Sequence record: PV400810.1
Direction: 5' to 3' (one strand)
DNA: 64,000 bases
Source: Pseudomonas phage vB_PaeM_GXNNA8
Shown here: positions 49,343-57,534 of the stretch, piece by piece
Layout of the letters: the number at the start of each line of letters is the position of its first letter
Position numbering within the stretch: position 1 is the stretch's first letter
Position numbers and translations under genes: made by a program
The notes under the pieces: model-generated
Told to the model about the DNA's origin: nothing
Databases searched by the model: none
What the model saw: the letters and a program-made list of their open reading frames with translations, nothing else

Positions 49343-49752
49343 TACACTTTCCTCGGGTATTTGTAATGTGTAAACGTCTTGTTGGCCAACGTAATCACTT
49401 CTTTGGCGGAGTTAATAAAGGGATCACTCTCGACCGTACTGATCGCCAGGAGTTCATCAAACAACATGGAGCAGTTCTCCAAGGTTTGACTGAAGAGGGT
49501 CTTATTCCGGTCATTCACTTCAATCACCGGGATTTCACTGTCAATGGCGCTCACACCATAGCGACCACTGACAGTATACAACAACGGGCTATCCTCCCGC
49601 ACAGCAGACACCCGTTCTTTCAACCGCCTGATGTAGTCGAACGGATCCAGGCAAAGATTAATAAAGTTACTGTCCGCCATAATGAGAATGGTGGTGGGGC
49701 ACGGTGCTGTTTCCATGAGGGGGTCCTTTACAGAGTCGGGGTGGGAGGACAC
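49342..49752 (-). CDS. hypothetical protein (136 aa)
   Basis: ORF; 1-nt overlap. Confidence 0.45.
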   Translation of the reverse strand: MSSHPDSVKDPLMETAPCPTTILIMADSNFINLCLDPFDYIRRLKERVSAVREDSPLLYTVSGRYGVSAIDSEIPVIEVNDRNKTLFSQTLENCSMLFDELLAISTVESDPFINSAKEVITLANKTFTHYKYPRKV

Positions 49753-49774
49753 AGGCTATCCTCCCACCCTTTAT

Positions 49775-51244
49775 TTAAACAATAGCCTTAGGCGCACCTT
49801 TCTCTTTCCAGTAAGGTTTACGTTCACCCAGTGCAATACGAATGAGCTCATACGTTGTAACGGTGTACTTGTCAATATCTGGATTGGTGTACCAGTAGTC
49901 TACCGTGTTCTCCAGAATATCGTTCCAGTCCAGTCCTTGAGCAATAATACCGTCGTACAATGCCTGAGGAGTCAGACGGTATTTGTGGGGGAGTGTCAGC
50001 CAGAAGGTTTGCATGAACCACAAGTGGTAAATGATGGTCAGTGCTCGCAGGAATTTACGGTCTTCAATGGTATTTTCCCATACAGTGGTACGTCCCACCT
50101 TCAGATCAGGGTACAGAATGCAGTGATGACTGCGGTCACTCCCTTCCAGGCCGAAGTACTTAGCTGTCTTCAGTACATGGTACATGGTCAGACCTTCTTG
50201 AATCCCCATGGACTGGGAACCAATGAAGAACGCGTTAATACCTGACATCCCCGCCTTATTCCGATAGGGTTGACTACTGTAAAGCATCAAGTCAGGCATT
50301 TCTTTAGCGTCGGTCGTCACGATAACGTCCTTACCGAAGGGATTCGGGTACAACCACTCTTGGCCGTTGCTCCCACCTTTAAGCACCGACCCTTTAAGGA
50401 TCTCATGCCCAATCTGCGGAATACGCATCATGGCCTTAGGACCTTTCAGTTTCTTCCCTGGACGAATGAAGACTGATTCCTTCTCTTCAGGACGGCTGTT
50501 CATATTGATCTTATCAACAACCTGAGCTACCCAAATCTGGTAGCAACCCGATACCCCACCCAAGATATCCGCGTCTTCATAGACAATCCGGCGGAGGTTG
50601 CCAATCACCAAATCCCGAGTCTTCTTCTCCCCGCCTTGATCGACTTCCCCTTCCTGGAAATGCTCCGATACACGCTGGAAAGGCATTTCGGAGATAGAGT
50701 CGACCACACACAGAATAGGGGTAATAATCTTAACGGGTTTGCCTTCCCTGTCAATAAAGGGGGTCTTCATGAAGATATCAGCTTTGGCTTTAATCTGTTC
50801 AGTAACCTTCTCTTTAAGCCATTTGAACTTGTCATGAACAAAGGCTCCATCACAAGAATTTACCAAATCATTCCGAGAGAAGTAGAAGAATCGCTTACCG
50901 AGTATCTGTTCGTTGAAGTACTCGGGAATACCGATCTCTCGGTCTACCATTTCCGCCAGACGGTCTACAGAGAAGGTGGCCTCAATATCAAAGAAGAAAA
51001 CAACCGACCCTTTAAACCGAATCAGGACCCGTGCCATACCCAGTACGGTCATCCCGGTCTTCTGGGTGTTGTTTCCACCGGCGATCGCATTGTTACGACA
51101 AAGACCCCCGTTGTTATACGCCACGCCTGATGCACTCATCAAGATCTCGGTGTTTAACATATCGAAGATAGGGGAAAACGGAAGATCAACAATCAACGTA
51201 TCCGACGATTCCAACTCTTGGGTAAACAGAAGAGGTGTGCTCAT
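49775..51244 (-). CDS. RecA/UvsX-like recombinase homolog with degenerate Walker A
   Basis: [20 protein letters not shown] ~ RecA [32 protein letters not shown]...[17 protein letters not shown] ~ VIVVDSVAAL...GDSHMGLAARMMSQAMRKL; P-loop position reads GGNNTQKTG rather than GxxxxGKT. Confidence 0.5.
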   Translation of the reverse strand: [489 protein letters not shown]

Positions 51245-51341
51245 GTTCCTCTTATTCCTCGTATTTTATGAACTTTAGCTGAAAGGGCAACGCCCTGTTT
51301 TAGATGGGTCTGCGTAAAAACCCATTCCCCAAACTATACTC

Positions 51342-52184
51342 ATGAGATTTTCAGTTATGGAACATTCCTTCACATCAAAAGACTTCATCGAACGGATCAA
51401 GAATCCCCAGCTTCTCTCAGTCCTGGGGGCTGAAAAACTCAGTGTAGGGGAAAGTGTGGGTCTTTTCTTCTCTGAGTTCGGTGCGTCTATAGACCGCCGC
51501 CTGGCCGCCTTCGAAAAGTCGGTTATCACCCTGGACGTTGAAAAGTTCCGTAAAACGATCCAGCGGAAAGAGATTCTCTTTGTTAAGAACGCCGGTTTGC
51601 CAGTCATTGTCCCGGAGACCTACACGCCTGGACTCGGTAATATGATGGCCTATACTCAATTCGTAGCCACGGATGGGGTCTATCTGGTCAGTAGTATGAA
51701 AACTGAAGCAATTCGACTATACGATTGGCTTAAGCAACTGATTAAGACTGGTCGTCCCGAAACCCGTTTCCGTTGGACCATTACCAACTTCGACGCGGTA
51801 CTGGACCGTTCCGAACAGTTCCTTAAAGGTCTCCCATCCAACCCCCACCGCAAGACCTGTACCCTGGGTGAAGTTTACGTCAATTTCGAAGAACTGTACA
51901 GTGTACTGGAAACCTACAACGTGTCAGCCAAGCTACTGGGTGCCCGGGATGTTGAAATGGCCAGTCGGGAATTGAGTCGGGTTTATGAACTGGGACAACT
52001 CCTGGTGGAGAAGATCAAAACCAATGACCTCATCGTGGATGAGAAGAATCTGACTGAAGTGGAATTGGTGGTTAATCGTTTTGTGGAGTTTACAGACATC
52101 TGCGGAGCGATGATGACCCTCCTGAACGAACTGGCAGCCGTCTTCCGTGATCAGACCGAGACGATTGTAACCAAAGCAAAATAG
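51342..52184 (+). CDS. hypothetical protein (280 aa)
   Basis: ORF followed by a bidirectional hairpin. Confidence 0.5.
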   Translation: MRFSVMEHSFTSKDFIERIKNPQLLSVLGAEKLSVGESVGLFFSEFGASIDRRLAAFEKSVITLDVEKFRKTIQRKEILFVKNAGLPVIVPETYTPGLGNMMAYTQFVATDGVYLVSSMKTEAIRLYDWLKQLIKTGRPETRFRWTITNFDAVLDRSEQFLKGLPSNPHRKTCTLGEVYVNFEELYSVLETYNVSAKLLGARDVEMASRELSRVYELGQLLVEKIKTNDLIVDEKNLTEVELVVNRFVEFTDICGAMMTLLNELAAVFRDQTETIVTKAK

Positions 52185-52194
52185 CAGCATACGT

Positions 52195-52230
52195 ATACCT
52201 ACTGGGAGGTTCACACCTCCCAGTAGGTAT
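52195..52230. terminator. bidirectional hairpin terminator
   Basis: 15-bp stem tacctactgggaggt/acctcccagtaggta. Confidence 0.55.
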
Positions 52231-52235
52231 AATGT

Positions 52236-53747
52236 TCACTCTTTATCAGTACTTCGTCCTAACTCCGCCAAGGTTAACACCCGAAGGTTAGCAATCGCCG
52301 ACGTATGGATATAGATAAACTCATCCGTCTCCACAATCGTCGCGTACCGCAAACCTTCCTTGTTACGGGTGTCCGTCACACACCATACCTTAACTTTAGG
52401 GTCCGTAATCGAATTAAAAGCGTTTCGATCCGGGGTGTCGTACCCAATGGACAGCTTGATGGTTACCGGCTTAATTGCACTGGGATGAGTGACCTTTAAA
52501 CTGATCGTTTCCCGAGTCTGGGTAAAGGCTGGATCCAGCTTAAGTTTCTCCACCCCTTTTCCATTGACTTCCTTCTGGTAAATCAAATCCGTGATAATGT
52601 AGAACGTCAGATACCCATAGCGGTTCTCGGTATCCTTGTTCATAAACCCTTCAAACAGAATATCCATCCCAATTAAGAAATCCCTGATCCGATACGACAT
52701 CAATACCGGTGAGATCAGTTCAATCAGAACTGGTTTCGTATTCTGTTTGGTGAAAGGGGAGATCAGTTCCTTTTCCTTAGGAACCCCTGGGAAACGATCC
52801 ACTAACCGCGCCACGTCCTTGGTGACAATGTGGTTCAGATCCCCTGCTGACAAATACCCCTCGGGATTGGCAATCCGTTGTACCGTAAAGTCAAACAACT
52901 TATCCAGTAAACGAAGGGGTTGTTTGGTGTAGAGCTTAGAATAGGTCACATCCGGGGTGAGCTTACCGTAGTACGTTTTATCCCGTTCGACCTTACCAAA
53001 CCCGTACACCCGATACCCGTGTTGTTCTTTATAGAACGCTTCAGGATCCAAGGTATTGAAATACCACCGAGAGGCACTGACGATCTTGTTGAATTCCACC
53101 TCTGGGTTTTCATATTCCTTACGGGAAACCACTTCCAAGTTAGTTTCCTTCTTAAACCCAAACAGACTGATTGTTTCAGCAAGGTCCCTTTGTTTGGAGG
53201 CTTCCTTATTCCCTTGACCCCCTTCTGCAACGCCTGGGAAATCGAAGACTACCCGACGGTCTGTTTGACTGGCTATTTCCAAGCAGGTGAGGATGTCTAA
53301 CAACACCGCTCGCTCCGTTGCACTTAAAACCAGTCTTCCGAGTTTGAACTCTTCAGTGGCTTCGACGTTCTCCTTATCCACCTTACTCAAGGCTTCCAAG
53401 ACTTTGTGTTCGGTAATGATACACAGGTTCTTCAGGATGGGATCGGTGGTAAGGGCGTTCAGGACTTCCCAATATCCCTTCAAGAGGGCTTCCAGCTCAC
53501 TCTCCGCATTCACTACGGTCAACGACACAATATCCCGAATCGTTACAGCCGTGTTGGTCTTCTGAGGATTACCGGTGTAATACCCCGCTGACGTCGGGAC
53601 ATCCTTGGCCAGCTTACGCTTACCTTCTTGTTGGATATCGTAAGAATACCCATGACCACCCAGGAAGTAGCTGTTTTTCTTTAACTTGCTGTTATGCCCC
53701 ACCAGGAGGTACATAACCCAGTTGACAGACGGTGTGATGGCTTCCAT
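52236..53747 (-). CDS. hypothetical protein (503 aa)
   Basis: ORF; no motif recognised. Confidence 0.55.
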   Translation of the reverse strand: MEAITPSVNWVMYLLVGHNSKLKKNSYFLGGHGYSYDIQQEGKRKLAKDVPTSAGYYTGNPQKTNTAVTIRDIVSLTVVNAESELEALLKGYWEVLNALTTDPILKNLCIITEHKVLEALSKVDKENVEATEEFKLGRLVLSATERAVLLDILTCLEIASQTDRRVVFDFPGVAEGGQGNKEASKQRDLAETISLFGFKKETNLEVVSRKEYENPEVEFNKIVSASRWYFNTLDPEAFYKEQHGYRVYGFGKVERDKTYYGKLTPDVTYSKLYTKQPLRLLDKLFDFTVQRIANPEGYLSAGDLNHIVTKDVARLVDRFPGVPKEKELISPFTKQNTKPVLIELISPVLMSYRIRDFLIGMDILFEGFMNKDTENRYGYLTFYIITDLIYQKEVNGKGVEKLKLDPAFTQTRETISLKVTHPSAIKPVTIKLSIGYDTPDRNAFNSITDPKVKVWCVTDTRNKEGLRYATIVETDEFIYIHTSAIANLRVLTLAELGRSTDKE

Positions 53748-53813
53748 TACGTTAACTCATTCTAGTAGGTGCGTGCACATGGGATACACATCCTTGTGGA
53801 ATTTAACCGGTCC

Positions 53814-54269
53814 CTATTGCGTGCATTTTCTTAACAGCATTTGGTTATTATTTTGTAGAATCTTGTTCTCTTCAAGGACCTTAAGTAGGTGTTCCTTAAG
53901 TACCTTGTTTTCAGCCGTCGCAGTAATGGTTCGTTTCGACAAGATGATATTTTGATTCTTGACACTGTCTAGTTGTCGACTCAACGCATCATTGATACGA
54001 ATGAACTCTTTTAGAGGACCCCCTTCCCCCGCGGTAGGGTCGAAGAGCATATTAATCTTAGCCAGACCAATTTCAGCATCTGCCAGATCCATACGCAGGT
54101 TGAGGTTGTTACTCAACAACGCAAACAAACCAAATAGTAGCAGGGCAATAGTGAGTACTGAAACTTTAAGGGCTTTGCTCAGTTGGTCTTCAGCAGATTC
54201 CCCTTTGAAGAATTTAAGAACGAATTCTATGAATCTATCCGCCATCTCCTTTGCAATACCTAAAACCAT
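53814..54269 (-). CDS. small membrane/coiled-coil protein (151 aa); ORF-finder start at 54347 probably too early
   Basis: ATG at 54269 with AAGGAA 8 nt upstream; TM segment VSVLTIALLLFGLFALL; C-terminal heptad-like sequence. Confidence 0.4.
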   Translation of the reverse strand: MVLGIAKEMADRFIEFVLKFFKGESAEDQLSKALKVSVLTIALLLFGLFALLSNNLNLRMDLADAEIGLAKINMLFDPTAGEGGPLKEFIRINDALSRQLDSVKNQNIILSKRTITATAENKVLKEHLLKVLEENKILQNNNQMLLRKCTQ

Positions 54270-54302
54270 GGGCGTATTCCTTACATCAACGGTGAGCCAA
54301 TC

Positions 54303-55649
54303 ATGAGTACCACGTTCCTTTCTTTCGCAAGTATAGCAAAGCTTCACGACAACAGTCTACTCACAACCTCCCCTATTGGCGAGCTGTCGAACAAGTCCAA
54401 TAGTTACGCCAAAGACCCGGGTAAGTTTACCCTGGCTGCGAACAGTCCCAGTGCAACCGTATTGGTCAATTTCTATTCCGAAACCGATGGAACAGAGATT
54501 GTTATGCCGCAAGCGATTGCTGAAGCTCAAATCGGTGTGTCCAACTGGTTGTATGAACAAGCTCTTAGTGGGAAAGTCACTGACAGTCGTCCTAACACCC
54601 TTGCGCTACTCAAAGCCCAATTCACCACCAGTGTTGTGATTGAAGACGTTGGTGAAATGGTCACCAATAATACGATCTGGCTACCGAGCTTTGTTCGTGG
54701 CTATCATGTCGTGGGTGGTGATAAGCAGCCGTTCTACTTGTGGATGGCTGACGCGTACTTCCTGATCCAATATCCCCGTGTTCAGTTTACGATTATCCAC
54801 CCCATCCCGTTAAACGAGATGGACGACCTGATGACCATGAACTACCAGCAGATTGCTGAACGGTTCGCACGGGAAACCCCGACGGTCATCGCGCAACGTG
54901 AACATGAAGCGACTCGGAATGCAGGCTGGCCCTATACAGAGCGCAACGTCGAAGAATTCCAGATACTTGACCTGGTTAACACCGGCAAGTTCAACATGGG
55001 GTACTGGTCTATCCTGTCCTGGGGTAATGGTACCGAGGCGGAAGATCAGCTCTACGAACAGATTCAAGATGAAATCCTGAAAGATTCGAAGTATCCCCGT
55101 GAAGATTGGGAAGAAAAGATCCCCGATCTCTTCAACCCGCTGGAGTTCTATGCCATCCCCCGTTTCGACATGATTGGGATTGTAGACCGCACCACCGGTG
55201 CTAGCTCGTTCTCCCCCATTGTCGATCGTGAGACTGAAATCGATATTGCCAAGCAGTACTTGGTCCCAACAATACCAGAAGACTTCATCATAAAATCCTT
55301 CCAAACCCTACCCATGCTGTATAAATCGATTCAGATTGGGTTTGTGGCTAAAAAGAACAATCGTCAAGGGATGCAGAAGATTCGTTCAATTGTTCCCCAG
55401 TACCAATTGATCCCCTCCCTGGATCCTGATTTTGGATCCATGGGTGAGGCCACCATGGCGTTTATCCGTGGAATGGAGGACTTGGTAGCAGCCGCTGAAG
55501 TAGTTACACCGTTCTCTTTGCTGCCTCCCGGGGTTACCCGTCTGACTCGTTTGGATAAGGTCTGTGTGGGCAAGCGTATTGGTAAAGTGAAATACGTGAT
55601 GTTCACGCGCTGGCAAATGATTCAAGACGGGATTGTAAAGGAGGATTAA
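54303..55649 (+). CDS. hypothetical protein (448 aa; start uncertain)
   Basis: ORF; no clear SD at 54303. Confidence 0.5.
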   Translation: MSTTFLSFASIAKLHDNSLLTTSPIGELSNKSNSYAKDPGKFTLAANSPSATVLVNFYSETDGTEIVMPQAIAEAQIGVSNWLYEQALSGKVTDSRPNTLALLKAQFTTSVVIEDVGEMVTNNTIWLPSFVRGYHVVGGDKQPFYLWMADAYFLIQYPRVQFTIIHPIPLNEMDDLMTMNYQQIAERFARETPTVIAQREHEATRNAGWPYTERNVEEFQILDLVNTGKFNMGYWSILSWGNGTEAEDQLYEQIQDEILKDSKYPREDWEEKIPDLFNPLEFYAIPRFDMIGIVDRTTGASSFSPIVDRETEIDIAKQYLVPTIPEDFIIKSFQTLPMLYKSIQIGFVAKKNNRQGMQKIRSIVPQYQLIPSLDPDFGSMGEATMAFIRGMEDLVAAAEVVTPFSLLPPGVTRLTRLDKVCVGKRIGKVKYVMFTRWQMIQDGIVKED

Positions 55650-55652
55650 TGA

Positions 55653-56285
55653 ATGGCTGAGCAAAACATCATCCCAGCCATTGGTGCAGCCGGACGGTTT
55701 GAAGCCATCGCGCCCTTCTCAACTGTGGTGAATCCCAATACGTTCTACACCGTAGAGGCCACTCGAACGATACCTGAAATGCAGGGATTGAAGATTAAGA
55801 TCTACGAGCGGGTCTTTAAACCCATTGGACTCAGCGAAGCAGATTACCCTGCGGTACTGGAAAAGGCGATCAGTGAAAACGCCGTGGTGGTGTCGTTAAT
55901 ACCGCGGAGTGGTCCTCCGGTCTATGTACTGACCACCTACCTGAAGAGTTTTCCATTGGTAGACGGGTATTCGTACGAACGCATGTGTATTGTCACCGAC
56001 TGCGGTGCATTACCCCCTGAGATGAAGGATAACCTTGTCTTGGCGATGCAACATTTCGATACCTACATCAAAGCCCATTTCGGAGTGGAAGGGAAATCCA
56101 CTTTGGGAACTGTGCCGGTGATTGGGTATGTCTCGAAGAATGAGCATGATGTGTTCGAAACCACCCGCAAGAATACGATCACGGATGACAGTAATGATTT
56201 GTCTCGTATTCGAGATCTGGAAGCGGCCTTAGTGGCCAGGGATGAATACATTAAGGATCTAGAGTCCCGGTTGGGGGTACCGTAA
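55653..56285 (+). CDS. hypothetical protein (210 aa)
   Basis: RBS AAGGAGG; followed by a bidirectional terminator. Confidence 0.5.
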   Translation: MAEQNIIPAIGAAGRFEAIAPFSTVVNPNTFYTVEATRTIPEMQGLKIKIYERVFKPIGLSEADYPAVLEKAISENAVVVSLIPRSGPPVYVLTTYLKSFPLVDGYSYERMCIVTDCGALPPEMKDNLVLAMQHFDTYIKAHFGVEGKSTLGTVPVIGYVSKNEHDVFETTRKNTITDDSNDLSRIRDLEAALVARDEYIKDLESRLGVP

Positions 56286-56292
56286 TACTGAC

Positions 56293-56326
56293 TACTCCAG
56301 GAGAGCCGTTGGGCTCTCCTGGAGTA
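56293..56326. terminator. bidirectional hairpin terminator
   Basis: 15-bp stem tactccaggagagcc/ggctctcctggagta followed by a T-run. Confidence 0.55.
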
Positions 56327-56338
56327 TAGTCGTTTTCG

Positions 56339-57505
56339 TTATTTAACTCGACGAATCGAGCCGATCGAGTATCCGTCACTGAGGTCAGCAGGCACCACGT
56401 AGTGATACGGACGGATGACTTCCGTGTGGTTCAAATCCATCAGGAAACCCGTCAGGATATCAACAAAACTCTCCGTGTACCGATTAAGTACGCACTCAAT
56501 AAAGTCAACCGATTCATCCGTGATCTTAACCGGCTCACTTCCATCCAGTGGATAACTCCACACGAACCAACTGTTCACATCCAACCCGAAGGGAACGTCT
56601 GTGGTGGCTTTATAGGCGTACAAGCGCTCCAGGATCTCGTTAGCCGCCTTATCCAACCATTCCTTACCATGCACACTGTTGAAAGGATAAATGCGTTTAC
56701 TGAAGTGACTGGCAGCAAATAGAAGGGTGCGGACTTCCTGCTCGAAGAGTGCTTTACCCGCGTCGGTCAGGTTCGCATGCTTGCGGTAATATTGAATCTG
56801 GCGGTTCACTTGATGTTCCAGTTCACCGATAGACTTAATAAGGTCCTTAATGTCCTGACGGTCATCGGGGTTATCGATCTCCAACGTTTCCCCTTCTCCG
56901 AGGGTAATCCCTTCTTTAGGGACTTCAGGGTAGACTTTATCAAACCGAACCGTAAAGTAAGAAAGGTCGTCTTTCTTGGTTTTGAACGTGAGGTAGAGGT
57001 CGTGGTCACGTTTACCTACCCATTCAACCAAATGGTTGCTTTTCTTGGTGATAACATCCACTGCATGACGGAGTTTATTGGAGAGTTTAATCACCAGTTT
57101 ATCCGTGGTTTTCAGATCATCTTGAAGCACATCATCAGCGGGGTGTTTAGCCGCGACCTGTAACCAACTACTGGGGAACTCTATAGAGACCCTCCCCATA
57201 CCCCCTACGATCTCTTCTGGAATGGTGAAGATTTCGTCATTGAAGAGGTATTGGGTCCACTTCTCGTTCAGTCGGAACGTGAGGGTACCGTTGTCACGGG
57301 TATACCGCACGTAGGCTTCTTCTTTACCTTCTTTATTGAGGGTAAAGAAGTAATGGATCTCGACATCCCCGAGGGTCAGCACATCTCGATATTCCGTTTC
57401 CCCTTCTACCCGTTGGCCTACCTCAACCAATTCTCCACCCCACAGGTGGTCGTATAGACGAGCCAGGTTGTTATAGCCCACGGATCCTACTTCTACTTGA
57501 CGCAT
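56339..57505 (-). CDS. hypothetical protein (388 aa; ATG at 57505 preferred over the TTG at 57535)
   Basis: AAGAAGGGG RBS before the ATG at 57505. Confidence 0.5.
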   Translation of the reverse strand: MRQVEVGSVGYNNLARLYDHLWGGELVEVGQRVEGETEYRDVLTLGDVEIHYFFTLNKEGKEEAYVRYTRDNGTLTFRLNEKWTQYLFNDEIFTIPEEIVGGMGRVSIEFPSSWLQVAAKHPADDVLQDDLKTTDKLVIKLSNKLRHAVDVITKKSNHLVEWVGKRDHDLYLTFKTKKDDLSYFTVRFDKVYPEVPKEGITLGEGETLEIDNPDDRQDIKDLIKSIGELEHQVNRQIQYYRKHANLTDAGKALFEQEVRTLLFAASHFSKRIYPFNSVHGKEWLDKAANEILERLYAYKATTDVPFGLDVNSWFVWSYPLDGSEPVKITDESVDFIECVLNRYTESFVDILTGFLMDLNHTEVIRPYHYVVPADLSDGYSIGSIRRVK

Positions 57506-57534
57506 TTTAAACCCCTTCTTTAAGGACGACTTCA

